Origin: Wickerhamiella versatilis
Lineage: Eukaryota
Assembly: GCA_030867685.1 (NCBI GenBank)
Contig: JAQOWU010000008.1
Location: 2,728,001-2,792,000, forward strand
Length of the DNA: 64,000 bases
Reading direction: 5' to 3'
The notes under the pieces were generated by a model, which worked only from the letters and a program-made list of their open reading frames with translations, did no database searches and was not told where the DNA came from. Both the position numbers and the translations under genes were made by a program. This document shows, one piece after another, positions 30,001-40,189 of the stretch; the stretch's first letter is position 1, and each line of letters starts with the position of its first letter.

Positions 30001-33000
30001 CTAAATTCTCCAATATATTGGACTGAGACTGGAGCCATTCATGATCCGCTGAACCCAAAACATCTATAACGTAGATTATGTTGCAGATACCAACACATTG
30101 CTCATCCTCACCTTCAACTTGAAGAATGCGTGAGCAAAGCTCATCTGCGTTCTGATGCGCATATTCTCTAAAGTGCTTGCAGTCCTTTTCACCGAGCATA
30201 GAAGCAAACAATCTCCCTATTACAGGAGAAGCTAACCTCTCAGCGAAGAAATTGAAGGCATGTTCGGGATGGCGATCAAGGAATCGAGCAACAGGGGCTC
30301 TAAATGGCGATTCCTGCTGGCGACGTAACGAAGATTCAATTGAAAGAAGTGATTCTATCAACTCAGGAATAAAAGTTATCGCTGCATCGGGAAGGAACTT
30401 GAAAACGTTGAGGATCGCAACTGCTACGTCAATCCGTTCATCGCCCTCAAGCACACCACTTGAAATCTGCATCATTCGTGTAGGATCAGTCCAAGCACGC
30501 AAATGATCTAAGAGCTTCCTTCCAATTTCGACCTTGAAATAGGCAGTCATTAATTCCATGAGATGAGCCAACGTCTCAAGACATGGGGCATTGAGTCTTT
30601 TATAATCTGACATATTAACCAATACCGGTCTCAAGCAACTCTGCAACAATTCGCGAGGCAGTTTTGGCGTGTGAGGCAGAGCTTCCCTAAGAGCTTCGTG
30701 GGCAGCATCGACTACCTTTGGAGTCGAAGAACCGAGCATTTTGAAAAATACTGCTAGGATCTTGTTCTTTGTCTGTGGCTGATGAGTGCCAAGATAGTCT
30801 GATGAATTGACTGCAAGTGCCAAAAGCCGAATGGAGACTACTCTTAAGTCTGCCAATTGATTGGCAACCGAGTACTCAAAAGCACGATGTGCACTTGTTA
30901 GACTCTCGTCTTCGGCATCTACCAACGCAAGAGCTTCCTCAAGCAAACGGGTCAGTTTCTCATTAAATACCAGGAAGGTATCAGGTATTGATAAACAAAA
31001 GCAGATTGCATCAATATAACCAATCTGGATAGGAAATGGCAGGGCTCTTAGTGGCTTCATGAAAATTGGATTCAGGAAAAAATCTGTTACTCGCGAAAGT
31101 ATTTCATTCAGAGAAGTACCGGTCGATTCCGATAACAATCTCAGGGACTGTCGGGCCGCCTCACGGCAGGCACTGCTAGCGCTTTCAAGCTCAAAGGCTA
31201 GAAGAGATGTCAACATGCTAAAAGGTCGCTGGTTGAACTGCGATGGATCCCAGTCCTCGACATAATGCTGCAAAAGTAGAAGCAATAGATCTGTGGCATC
31301 TTTTTGAAGCTGCTTCGGTGAATCAGGTGCTGAATCTTTGATAACGAAGAATAAAGTCCGCGACAGCTCTGCCAGGCGAGCAACAAGCCAAGAACGGGGA
31401 TTGGTAAGACCCAGCTCGATTATCAAAATTTGGAGACCACGAACAGCACCTGCTTTTGTGTATGTCGGTTCCTCGAAACAACAATGCACCAACTTAGAAT
31501 ACAACGCTCGCATCATTGGATAGCGGTATACATCAGTACCAGGCTCACAAATAATCTTTCCAGTATCGAAAATAGCTTGTATAGCATCTCTTCCTGAATC
31601 CCTGACTACTTGGTCTGAATGGCTCAACGCATAAAGGATTGTCGAAAGAAGCGACCGAGGAGTGCAATACAAGATGCCATCGTGATCATCTAGATTAAAA
31701 GGTCTCACGAGCTGCCTGCGCTCAATACCTATCTCTCCTAACTCGCATATTACCAGATGCTCAGTGATATTGATCACCAGATCATGGGCTTGCGATCGCA
31801 GCTCTGGAATAGAGTAGGAATAAAATATCAACTGCAGCAGCTCTTCTGCAATGCTATTTGATTCCTGTCGCGAAGCAAGATTTCCACGAGAACCGTCAGG
31901 GAGAGGAGGACAATCTCGGAACTCAGTTACCTTAGATACTTCACGCAGAGAATTGGGAGATACTCCTTCCATATCCGAGGTGATGAAGCGCAGGAATATG
32001 ACACTGAGCGCCTCAAATGCCGCTTTTTTATAATGAGACTGAGAATGCGAGTCATGAAGCACTGATTTGGCTGCCCTAATGACAGGATCAAGACGCAAGG
32101 GGACATTCTTATCCAGACCTTTGAATTGCAATAATGTTTTGGTGTCTGTGTCTGTGGCCCTTAAATCCGTGGGTGGTCCAATCCAGGAACGATTACGCCC
32201 ACCAAGTTTTCCAAGAATACGAACAACTTGATGTGAGATTTTAGAGTCATACGGTTGCGGTTTAAGGTGGCTCCACAAAGCGGCCATCAACTCTGGCAGC
32301 ACTGGTTCCACAATAGGATCAAAATATTGGCCAGTAAGATTATCCACGCACATTTCAAGCGTGCGCAGAGCTTGGAACACTGCCTCTGGAGATCCGTGTA
32401 ATGCTTGTACCAATGGTTTAACAAGATAGCTCAAGTGGGGCACGAGCAAAGAAAGACGAACTGGAACAATGAGACACAAAGTTGCAAATATGCTTTTTTC
32501 GTCCTTATTTCTGGCAAATTCTAGACGTCGATTGAGTGTCTCCAGTAACCATGGGAGTAAAGGCATGATTGCTTTGTAGACAACGTCAAACCGCCCACCA
32601 CCAAGCGATCTGAAAAGATGCTGAACCAATGAATAGTATCGCATAGGATTTTCACTATTGGGTGCGAGCTCAAAGGAATCCACAATGAGCACGCGAAGAT
32701 GCGGCACAATCAAGCTTTCGTTGGTTGCTGGGTACATGTTGATAGCAGAGTATACTTGCTTCAGAAGTTTTCCGTATACCGAAGGACGGTCACCACTGTC
32801 ACCTATCTCAGGCAATTTGGTAATAAGATATCTGAGAAGCGTACCACAAAAGTTAACGGTCGTATACTCATGAAGTGCTAAAAGGTGCGTAAAATGTAGA
32901 ACAGCTGGATTTTCCACAATAAGATCTACCAATGTATCCAGTTCAAGCTTTATGATCTCATTGAATGCAGATGGATCGAGATAGTAGAAGCAAGCGACAA

Positions 33001-34648
33001 AGGTATCCATGGCATCCTTCTCATCCACAGGAGAATCCTTGAGTAAGTTCATAGATTTTAATCCCTCACGAAGCAAAAGGCGGTATAGAGCAAAATCTTC
33101 GAACCCCAGTCCACGAGCAACATCCCCCCATTGTGGACCGGCATTTGATCCTGTGAGAGATGGCTCCGTGAGCGGACCGGCAAGTGGCTGTGGTGGATTT
33201 GTCGCCTTTAGACCAAAAGTCAAGTTCTTTAGAAAGTGAACCATATTTTTCAACATGTAGGCCGCATCGCGAGCCTGACTGCCTGGCGCTGGATCAGGAT
33301 GAACCTTTATGACAGAGGCCTGTGGTGCATGTTGGTGATTTAATAGAACAACGCGGTATACAAACGTCTCTAGAATTGACATCATTATAGCTCGACCCTC
33401 TGTCAATTCCCCACCTTGAGCAATCCTGTCCAAAAAGTTCAAAAGAAGTTTTGCAGACATAATCTGAAAGGATGTTGCAATCGATAAATCATGTAAGTTC
33501 CTACCAAATACAGCGACAGTTTTCCATATCTGTGCAGTAGAAAGCTCATTTCTCACGTGGTGAATGAGGTCCGCCATAGTGGAATACGCTAAAGGCCGTA
33601 GTGACTCATGCGCTGTTAGCCCCGTACCAAGTAACACTTTATCCTCTAGCAAAATATCCACCTTTGATATAAAGAACGTACGCAGGTCGGTGTTCAAAAT
33701 ATGTCGCATGGATACAAGAAGCTCTTTTCTAGCCGAGCTCAATTCCGCAGGACAGTCCTTCAGTAAGCGCATCACAAAATTTGGAACAAGATTATAGTGC
33801 TGCTGCAGTGCCCCTGGGAAGGCACGGATCGCATAAGTCAAAAAGCTCATAACCTTGATTTGAGCAGTGACGAAGTCACCGTATGCTGCGCGGTGTGGTC
33901 CATTCCAGATGGCTGGTGCAACCCCACAAAAGAACTCACCCTTGGCGGCAGCAGCTGCATGTTCACGTTCTTGGGGTGGTGCCTCGAGACTCAAAATGTC
34001 TATTATAGGAGGGATAAATACTGGCAGTGACTGTGCGATTAGATGCCTGTGGGTTGAATAGAGAAGCACTATCACGATAGGGCACTCTGTTAACACCTTG
34101 AAACTATTCACCGCCTTGAAAAGCTGCACTTCACCTTGGTGCTGAGGTTGTTGGGGCTGGGTTGTCTGTTGTAAACTGAACAGTTCTTCAACTAGCGAAG
34201 GCATAGACCCCCCCAATTGAAGCACGAAGTCGAAGAAAGGCTGAACAAACTCAACAAGATGGGCTTTATAGGCACGCTGGAAGTTTGAGTAGATTTTTAC
34301 AGCGAGCACGCCATTCTCCTCGTTATCAGTCTCCAGGAGTTGCATTATAGCTGTCATGATGTCCTTCGACGCGACTTTGAGAGACTCGTTTAATTGCAAT
34401 CGCGAAAGCACATCCAGCAGCCCGTGTCTTAACTTATTTTCAGGGCTCCGAGCATGCATGCTCACCGGAACTGACGATAGAAGCCTCATGATCTCGGGGA
34501 GTAGCTGCGAAACAAAAAGCTCCTCATCCGCCGAGACAGTATGAGCCTCAACACTATCACGTAGTTCAACGGCTATGTTCCCCTTAGACATTAAGTCTAT
34601 TGAGGGGTCGGCTAGCCGACTTGCAAACCCCTCCGTCAGGCTTGTCAT
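24059..34648 (-). CDS. TRA1: SAGA/NuA4 PIKK pseudokinase Tra1
   Basis: 3529 aa; SFKVLTECPIVIV, KIYTLPNIEIQEAFLKLREQ, FAVQYPAARHCRREER, FATC ending WMPYY. Confidence 0.97.
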   Translation of the reverse strand: MTSLTEGFASRLADPSIDLMSKGNIAVELRDSVEAHTVSADEELFVSQLLPEIMRLLSSVPVSMHARSPENKLRHGLLDVLSRLQLNESLKVASKDIMTAIMQLLETDNEENGVLAVKIYSNFQRAYKAHLVEFVQPFFDFVLQLGGSMPSLVEELFSLQQTTQPQQPQHQGEVQLFKAVNSFKVLTECPIVIVLLYSTHRHLIAQSLPVFIPPIIDILSLEAPPQEREHAAAAAKGEFFCGVAPAIWNGPHRAAYGDFVTAQIKVMSFLTYAIRAFPGALQQHYNLVPNFVMRLLKDCPAELSSARKELLVSMRHILNTDLRTFFISKVDILLEDKVLLGTGLTAHESLRPLAYSTMADLIHHVRNELSTAQIWKTVAVFGRNLHDLSIATSFQIMSAKLLLNFLDRIAQGGELTEGRAIMMSILETFVYRVVLLNHQHAPQASVIKVHPDPAPGSQARDAAYMLKNMVHFLKNLTFGLKATNPPQPLAGPLTEPSLTGSNAGPQWGDVARGLGFEDFALYRLLLREGLKSMNLLKDSPVDEKDAMDTFVACFYYLDPSAFNEIIKLELDTLVDLIVENPAVLHFTHLLALHEYTTVNFCGTLLRYLITKLPEIGDSGDRPSVYGKLLKQVYSAINMYPATNESLIVPHLRVLIVDSFELAPNSENPMRYYSLVQHLFRSLGGGRFDVVYKAIMPLLPWLLETLNRRLEFARNKDEKSIFATLCLIVPVRLSLLVPHLSYLVKPLVQALHGSPEAVFQALRTLEMCVDNLTGQYFDPIVEPVLPELMAALWSHLKPQPYDSKISHQVVRILGKLGGRNRSWIGPPTDLRATDTDTKTLLQFKGLDKNVPLRLDPVIRAAKSVLHDSHSQSHYKKAAFEALSVIFLRFITSDMEGVSPNSLREVSKVTEFRDCPPLPDGSRGNLASRQESNSIAEELLQLIFYSYSIPELRSQAHDLVINITEHLVICELGEIGIERRQLVRPFNLDDHDGILYCTPRSLLSTILYALSHSDQVVRDSGRDAIQAIFDTGKIICEPGTDVYRYPMMRALYSKLVHCCFEEPTYTKAGAVRGLQILIIELGLTNPRSWLVARLAELSRTLFFVIKDSAPDSPKQLQKDATDLLLLLLQHYVEDWDPSQFNQRPFSMLTSLLAFELESASSACREAARQSLRLLSESTGTSLNEILSRVTDFFLNPIFMKPLRALPFPIQIGYIDAICFCLSIPDTFLVFNEKLTRLLEEALALVDAEDESLTSAHRAFEYSVANQLADLRVVSIRLLALAVNSSDYLGTHQPQTKNKILAVFFKMLGSSTPKVVDAAHEALREALPHTPKLPRELLQSCLRPVLVNMSDYKRLNAPCLETLAHLMELMTAYFKVEIGRKLLDHLRAWTDPTRMMQISSGVLEGDERIDVAVAILNVFKFLPDAAITFIPELIESLLSIESSLRRQQESPFRAPVARFLDRHPEHAFNFFAERLASPVIGRLFASMLGEKDCKHFREYAHQNADELCSRILQVEGEDEQCVGICNIIYVIDVLGSADHEWLQSQSNILENLVSSIGDMILAADALPPVSPLHFIVSAALLKLQNVVVKSNPGWDLMRQLVVALGAVKTRYSPILADYISQTYVKASTDNKAVILEQIFTLLTDESCNLPAREWLMHTAVLPMVQAEVSDNGTLEDLAGHKNWIELLNKKVWLVPPPLTPSIDAYQFSLLEVTLLLVRYAPHAISDVRKIIIKFAWSFLRFEDVVSKQAAHVLIAYFISQFESLPKMVSILYNALLKTSQTDAKPLVAEALDALSTLFVSKSQTDTHMWIRIPRRVLGEDGHGIVPVSNVCQFIAKHPKLFYPHRESFVPYIVATMAKLSYLPNASLDVDLAELMATWEAQRHEEGTGFEMSYLERDKVVTCLVRLLVSQNRGTSDERVVKALDKLLTLWTDVEVKLIFFERPLTQSDFSQQQAQFQAINALQVVKLAIEHRPEDWVRMHTEALLQLIEKVLKCSYYEVHQALAPVIHRLLEVGDEDIVLPVVTNAAADHLSQNPTPPCWVRLVAEVARVRLGSNDPLLPLMPGIIKALTRSQAPPALSTDLLIEGLDIVSARISHLGDQRRGFLTLLAQLVDRKTDRVLGLHIVQMVRQWVFSQVEIFPTVKEKAAILHKLVTYRDPEVQRVYFELIIDIFSDMHLRSTELPARLEQPFLVGCCREDVEIRRKLLSILASTVEKTAQKRLEYIIADQNWESVGDRQWLVVALQLLTDVQDFEKPLNVALDYTYPPPSIITRCLPSTNEGKSQDVEELLDADDPLAEIVARRREWLANIDKIESARLVGPLRELFYSDNYLVHDSWADLFSGIYPQLSPKEGNELLHALVGLMAKEYHMRQQIIPNSIQTLLEGVSRCEYLPPMLVKYLGENYNAWFPAIRTLENIQAKPKSDSPKVAECNLDALAEIYAALEEVDMFYGVWRTRTNISFTSSALSFEQCGMWTRAMTMHETAQIRARQGNVAFSESEYALWEDHWILCAEKLQHWDVLSDLAKHEGFNDLLVECGWRQADWIAEKEGLEQSIKSLMDVPTPRRQVFETFLVLQGFAQKAESQQRVFHSCEEGMQLALMKWVHLPSRPTPAQIPLLHAFQQYVEFIEASQVYTSLATTTAQNLESKSNELKTMMCAWHTRLPNIWDDINLWGDLVTWRQHVFGVINRVYLPLIPQIQGQAPNGQNNSAVYRGYHEIAWTINRFAHVARKHNLPEVCVQLLSKIYTLPNIEIQEAFLKLREQAKCHYQSQNDVATGLEIISNTNLVFFGNAQKSEFFALKGMSLARLGAEEHANEAFSTAVSIDVYLPKAWAEWGLFNDKRFKDHPDQIAYGSTAVACYLQAAGLYKNAKCRKLLGRILWLLSLDDAQGSISMAYDNYKGDTPVWYWVAYVPQLLGTLSQREGRLTVGILTKIAKMYPQTLHFHLRTAREEHAILQKMAARRQAVQNVGTPVGQAVGANSSSGSVGITPSGSPRPGPSPGTGEGNLVGEYMDEVTNTLKTAYPLLMLSLETLIDQMYHRFKSPPDEDAYRLTVALLNDGLSYLGRQQYPREDLKLPPQTEANVSKFSESVMPASIRPAFEADFVHSRPNLQTYIKRLCKWRDRLETKLDSRPSRVNLEAMSPPLSEFHHQKFEDVEVPGQNQELKDSNAHFVKIDRFLPHVDLVRSFGICYRRITIQGQDGNLYPFAVQYPAARHCRREERMTQVFKFLNEVLKRRTECRTRQLQFTLPSAVPLNTHIRLVQDDSRYVSFYQIYERYCKQKGQSRDAPIDYTVEKMRAAFEPTPAKPPDMTAVKMEILSGIEAELVPPTIMRDFFTYQYKNFEDFWRFRKQFSYQYAGVTLMTIMMSINNRYPHKFLVNLASGNVWATEMLPILPPSKNPPSFLNGEPVAFRFTPNIQTLMGPTCAEGIFAMCIMIIAKGLTEPEFDLAQFLPVFVRDELISLYLQQQRPAPQESQMRDIVRLNVDAIVRRASSLAQIGTGNIPANQTVIDLISLAVNPHNLALTDSLWMPYY

Positions 34649-34831
34649 GCCGTTCTAGGTGACAGTGGGAGGTCAGGTTGTAAAAGTCGCTGACAAACGC
34701 CCTCTATGCACGTGACCAGAATAGTGAAAGGGAAAGACAGGAAATTAAGACGGTTGAAATTTTCTACGAAATTTATTCTAGACTACTTTCATTGCTGAGG
34801 GTAGTATACAACAAAATATCCCTAATAAATA

Positions 34832-35410
34832 TTATATACCCGCGCGCTGGGCATTGCGTTTCTGTTGAACTTGGTTCTTCTTGACCAATTTCTTACGTTC
34901 ATCACGATGCAGTTTACGAGGGTCGATCAGCTCGCTATCATCACCAGGCTTCTGCTTCTCCTCATCCAACTCCACAAGCCACTCGTTGTCTCCTTTCTTG
35001 TTGATACCACCGTAGCCCCATTTCGGTACCCATTCTTGAGATTCTTCGTCGAACACAAGCTTTCCATTCTTCGCTTTCTTGTTGATGCCTTTCTTTGCCG
35101 CAAACTCTTCCCATCGGGTCTTGGGTTTGTCCTTCGGCAAGGGCTTTTCCCTGGGGAGATCCCACAGTGGCTCTGGGAGCTGAAAGAGAACTTGAGTCGA
35201 ATCCTGGTTACTGCTGCTAGCAATGCTCTCAGCTGTCCGACGAACTGGCAGTTGCAGCAACTGATTGACGAGAAGCTGGACGTTGTCACGGGTTACGTCG
35301 TGGATCAGCTGCTCATTCACACTATCCACAGGATTAGGATCGGCCACTGCCAGGTTTCCCAAATCATAAGAAACAGGAATTGCCTTTTCGACTGTAGCAG
35401 GTTTGTTCAT
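34832..35410 (-). CDS. RRS1: Ribosome biogenesis protein Rrs1
   Basis: YDLGNL, RDNVQLLVNQL, LPREKPLP, TRWEEFAAKKGI, WVPKWGY; ATG 35410. Confidence 0.93.
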   Translation of the reverse strand: MNKPATVEKAIPVSYDLGNLAVADPNPVDSVNEQLIHDVTRDNVQLLVNQLLQLPVRRTAESIASSSNQDSTQVLFQLPEPLWDLPREKPLPKDKPKTRWEEFAAKKGINKKAKNGKLVFDEESQEWVPKWGYGGINKKGDNEWLVELDEEKQKPGDDSELIDPRKLHRDERKKLVKKNQVQQKRNAQRAGI

Positions 35411-35860
35411 GTCTGCTTCGTGAAATAAAGAAAAATTATGTAATCCAGCATCAAAATATTGAAAAAAATCAAATTTGTACTGAAAGGGAAGAAACTTCAG
35501 GGTTATTTCGGCTCCTTGTTTGTCCTGTATAAGTTTATTGTCTGGTGGTTTAGTTTTGATATTAGTATTCCATAGTGTGCTAAACAAGTCAATATTGTCC
35601 TATCCAGAGCTTGGATTCAGTTTATAGTATTTCTAAATATCTTTTACTTATTACAAGCTGGCCAGGGGCGTTTGGCATAGCTGTGAAAAATCCTTTCTTG
35701 TTTCAAAAGCCTGATTTACTTTCACTACACAGCTCATACTTAGTAGCTTATTATTGCATTTTCCACTAAGCGCACCCTGATTAGCAGTCCTAAAATGTTC
35801 GTTTCTATTATGTACTTGATGTTAGCGTAACGCGACATATATAATGCTTGAGAAAAAAAA

Positions 35861-36214
35861 TTATGATTTCGAACCATGATCCCTCTTCTTAGCTTCTTCT
35901 ATTTCACCTTTGATTCGTTCCATTGCACGATAGACCTTCGACTGAAGATAGAATGATCCAGACTTTTCCTTCGAATTGGCATCAAACAAATAGTCGTATT
36001 TTTTTTGGGCCTCCTCCAAATTTAACTGGGAGTTTTCGACGCCGAGAATTTTACGAGCTTCACCCAGGTCAATTCCTCCATATTGCTGCCGAGACGCAGC
36101 AGCAGCACTTGCCTTTACTGATGCTGAAGAGGCCTGACGATATGCCTCCATAAAGGCCTTACCAACCACCTGCGATCCTGTAACAAACACCTGCATCAAA
36201 ATCCTGTGCGCCAT
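35861..36214 (-). CDS. PAM16: Mitochondrial import motor subunit Pam16
   Basis: MAHRILMQVFVTGSQVVGKAF..AYRQA, GSFYLQSKVYRAMERI. Confidence 0.95.
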   Translation of the reverse strand: MAHRILMQVFVTGSQVVGKAFMEAYRQASSASVKASAAAASRQQYGGIDLGEARKILGVENSQLNLEEAQKKYDYLFDANSKEKSGSFYLQSKVYRAMERIKGEIEEAKKRDHGSKS

Positions 36215-36257
36215 TTTCTATTCTTTTCTCAAAGTTGGCGAGAAGCTTGATGACGTA

Positions 36258-37433
36258 ATGACACCGGAGATTCTTCCAGAGGACAGCGGTGTTATCCGAT
36301 GCATATGTGGCTACGACCATGATGATGAGTTCACGATACAATGTGAGCGCTGTAATGCGTGGCTGCATGCGGTCTGTGTGGATATCTTCAACTCAGAGAG
36401 TGTGCCAGAGACGTTTATATGCCCCCTATGTTCAGGGAGCCCCTACGACACAGCTGCAGCACAGGAAAGGCAGCAGAAGGTCTTAAAAAAGCGTCGCAAA
36501 AGTAGTAGTGCTGCTGCGCATGATGCACCCAAGCGACGGAGTGCTAGTGGTGGTAAGCGACATCGCCCGTTGGAGCTGGAAATTTTGGAAAACGCGGATC
36601 TATTTTTTATCCCAGCAACTCATAATCGGGTTTCTAATGCAGCCTCAGAATACATTAAACTTGTCGAATCACATATACAGCCTCTCGACAATGATAAGGT
36701 TCCTGTGAAGGGCTCCCCAATAACAGTTGTTCGGCGAAGTGCTGGATTTGGCGTCTCTGCCACTGTAGCTCTTGCTGCTGCACCTATTGGAAGAGATAGA
36801 TTTATTTTTGAAATTAATGGTGAGGTTTTTACCAAGGAGGAATTTCAGCAGGATCCTATTAATCAGTTCCGTGCGTTAGGGTGCCCAAAACCCGGAGTCA
36901 TTTCGATGCCTCACTTGGCACTATTCATTGACTGCAGACGTTGGGGTAGCGGTGGTATTTTCCTCAGGAAGTCCTACAAACCAAATGTTCGACTCGAGCC
37001 GAGGTTGGTTGATAATGAGCTTCGAGTCTTCGCCTTTGCCATCGAGGCCATAAAACCAGGTACTGAACTGACTATTTGTTGGGACTGGCATCCATCGCAC
37101 CCTATCTGGAAGCTGTCTTCTGTTGATGCGGACTCGCTGAGTATGCTGGAGCAGGACACGCTTGAAACGCTAAGCTACCTTCTGGACGAACCTCTAGAAG
37201 ACCTCAAGCCTCTGCCCACATCGGTTCCTGCGCCGCTTGATATAGCTCCTCCCTCCCGATTAGAGTTACTTCGAGAGAGCTACCTAAAACAGCCTGAGCC
37301 AGCACCTGTATTTGAGGAGCCACTGGTTGCGCCGCAGGAGAACATTTGGGTATCAGCCAAGGTACAGGATGTACCACCTAAGAAGAAAAAGCTTAGTTTC
37401 GCGGACTATAAACGCAAGTTCAGCTCTACCTGA
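36258..37433 (+). CDS. SET3: PHD + pseudo-SET domain protein (Set3/Set4 family)
   Basis: DSGVIRCICGYDHDDEFTIQCERCNAWLHAVC PHD finger; SET-like LRKSYKPN...IKPGTELTICWDW; KKKKLSFADYK C-terminus. Confidence 0.8.
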   Translation: MTPEILPEDSGVIRCICGYDHDDEFTIQCERCNAWLHAVCVDIFNSESVPETFICPLCSGSPYDTAAAQERQQKVLKKRRKSSSAAAHDAPKRRSASGGKRHRPLELEILENADLFFIPATHNRVSNAASEYIKLVESHIQPLDNDKVPVKGSPITVVRRSAGFGVSATVALAAAPIGRDRFIFEINGEVFTKEEFQQDPINQFRALGCPKPGVISMPHLALFIDCRRWGSGGIFLRKSYKPNVRLEPRLVDNELRVFAFAIEAIKPGTELTICWDWHPSHPIWKLSSVDADSLSMLEQDTLETLSYLLDEPLEDLKPLPTSVPAPLDIAPPSRLELLRESYLKQPEPAPVFEEPLVAPQENIWVSAKVQDVPPKKKKLSFADYKRKFSST

Positions 37434-37466
37434 AAATGGCACTATCAGCCGCTAATTTTTTTTAAT

Positions 37467-37501
37467 TTATTATTATTATTATTATTATTATTATCATTAT
37501 T
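37467..37501 (+). repeat. (TTA)n trinucleotide microsatellite
   Basis: Nine perfect TTA units plus a degenerate tail between convergent genes. Confidence 0.9.
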
Positions 37502-37682
37502 GCTTTGATTATGACAATATGCTAATCTTGAATGACCCCTCAATAAAAAAGTCATTTCATAAGTGGGAACACGTGAGTGAAACAGAAATAAAAAAATTAG
37601 AGATCCCAGCGACTTTTTGGAGAGGTAAGGAATATGGGTGGGGGATATGCAGACCTCATCATTATATTTTATGCACCTCTGA

Positions 37683-38687
37683 TTAGGATACTGAATTAGA
37701 GCGGATATGTGGCTCACGGGCTGCGATAATACGCTTATATTTCTGATACACTGGAGGTGGTGAATTGATTAACGACATTACCTCCTCTGGCGAGGCCCTC
37801 TTTTCCGGGTCCCATTTGAGACAGGAGCATATGGCAGCTGCAAATCTTGCATTTTCTGGCCATCTCATTAGATCCTGAGGGGACATGCCAGATTCTAATA
37901 TCCCCTCAAAGATTGCTGAAGCCTCGCGACCCATCGCTGCACACCACTGTCCCCCTAAGGCGTTCGGACTGGGCGTGCCAAGGATGTGAATCTGCTTTAT
38001 TAACATTTCAGTTGTGGTTCGACCCATGAATAAAGGGCTCAAATTACAAACCTCAGTGAACAGAGCTCCAAATGACCACAGGTCTAATGAGTAGCCGTGT
38101 TCCGGCTGTTCTGTTAGCTGCTCAGGGGACCGGTACCACCGCGTGGCTACATATGACGTCCAGTTATGGGCTTTGTCCAGACGTTTGGCGAGGCCGAAAT
38201 CCGCAATCTTGAATGCCATGCCATCAAAAGAATTGGGATGTTGAATTTTGACCAGCACATTCTCCGGCTTTAGGTCACGGTGCACGAACCCGTGTGCGTG
38301 GATGTGCGCTATTCCCCGGAGAAGCTGGGCCGCCAAGGATAATAACATACGTGGGGGAAACTGGCGCTGGTTGCGGGAGCGCATTAGTTGGAGAAGATTA
38401 TAATCGCACAGCTCTTGGACAAAGTTGATTTGGTGGGTCATTGAGTCCTCGAACATGTCGTACAGTTCGACCAGCGATGGATGTGACGAAACATGTTGGA
38501 AGAAGTATACTTCGCGCAATTGACTGGCTGGACCATTATGTGGTTGACGAAGTACCTTGATTGCCACCAATTGGGCATCCTGCCTCCGACGGGCCATCAC
38601 CACCGTCCCGAATGTACCACTACCCACCTTCAACTTCAAGCTATACCCCTCTTTCAGACTACCTTCATCAATCATTAGTTGTGACAT
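37683..38687 (-). CDS. IME2: Ime2/MAK-family protein kinase (kinase domain only)
   Basis: GSGTFG, HRDLKPEN, KIADFGLA, WTSYVATRWYRSPE (TxY motif); start taken at MSQLM. Confidence 0.7.
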   Translation of the reverse strand: MSQLMIDEGSLKEGYSLKLKVGSGTFGTVVMARRRQDAQLVAIKVLRQPHNGPASQLREVYFFQHVSSHPSLVELYDMFEDSMTHQINFVQELCDYNLLQLMRSRNQRQFPPRMLLSLAAQLLRGIAHIHAHGFVHRDLKPENVLVKIQHPNSFDGMAFKIADFGLAKRLDKAHNWTSYVATRWYRSPEQLTEQPEHGYSLDLWSFGALFTEVCNLSPLFMGRTTTEMLIKQIHILGTPSPNALGGQWCAAMGREASAIFEGILESGMSPQDLMRWPENARFAAAICSCLKWDPEKRASPEEVMSLINSPPPVYQKYKRIIAAREPHIRSNSVS

Positions 38688-39310
38688 TATGGATGGGATT
38701 GAGGCGTGAGAAATGCTCTGAATGCGCCCGCTTACTCTACTGCGCGCTAAAGGTGAGGTGAGGCGTGGGCTAGGGCGCCTGGTGGGGCGCCAGGTATTCC
38801 AGATTATCCATATAGATATCGGCATGTCTCGGGCCACTATTCGGGGATAAAACTTTAGCAAAGAATGCAAATGCTTTTATCAGCTCAATTATAGGCAAAC
38901 TGGGATCCTTTCAGGACAATGTACACCACGAAGTAGCGATTACCAGGCATAGAATGGGACCAAGTCATATAAACTAGTTAAAAAGACTGAGAGATGAAGT
39001 AGTTCACTCAGAAGAGGTTTTATAAGAGACTCAAATAGATCTTTTATTTATGTTTGGCGATTGATCGCGAAAACCTGCTAGTGGTACTGAGAAAATTATA
39101 TAATCAAATCACATGGCCAGATATTTTTTTCAATTTTTGAACAGCGACATAAAAACTCACCTGCGGGGAACCAACCTTCAATATCCCGCGCTATGACAAG
39201 CAAGCGAGCATTTTTTATAATGATATTGTTAATCTTATGATTTTTTTATACACTACACATAATTACCATGCAGCCAGCGGCTTTGCACACGGAGACAACA
39301 CAATCAGTGC

Positions 39311-39781
<471 letters not shown>

Positions 39782-40189
39782 TTAACGGCTCGTCGGCAAC
39801 TAAAAGATGCGTCGTACTAACCGTCGATGCAGGTCGATGGAGAGAAGTGGTGAGGACCGGAGCGAGTGCATTAGATGGTTGATGATGTAACCTGCCCTGA
39901 GCCCTTACTTACGTAACTGCTATCGCGTGAGCAAATGCACGTCAATCTGCATCGGCAACTACCCATAACCGTTGCGTGCAGTCGACCCTTGATGGCTTTC
40001 CTACGCCTGGGGAAAAATTTTCTCGTATCGGTGTGGCTTGACCTACATTCTATGTAAACATTAAACCATCTACTGCTTCTGGCTGGCCCGCCAGTGGATA
40101 GATGTCTATACAAACAATATATGAAAATCGGTAGAATTAAATATTTCCAAGCGGCGATGGATAAAAAGAACGAGAAGACACGCAATTTC

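Noticed and set aside
35411-35587. N-terminal extensions given by the ORF track (RRS1, also KAR2, IME2, PAN1, GBP2, SGF29, eIF4G)
   Set aside because: They begin at non-ATG codons in AT-rich or leader sequence; downstream ATGs fit the known N-termini better
39800-39912. Possible 5'-UTR intron of RPS31 (GTAAGT on -) and a TACTAAC at 39815 on +
   Set aside because: The branch motif is on the wrong strand and there is no good branch point on the sense strand
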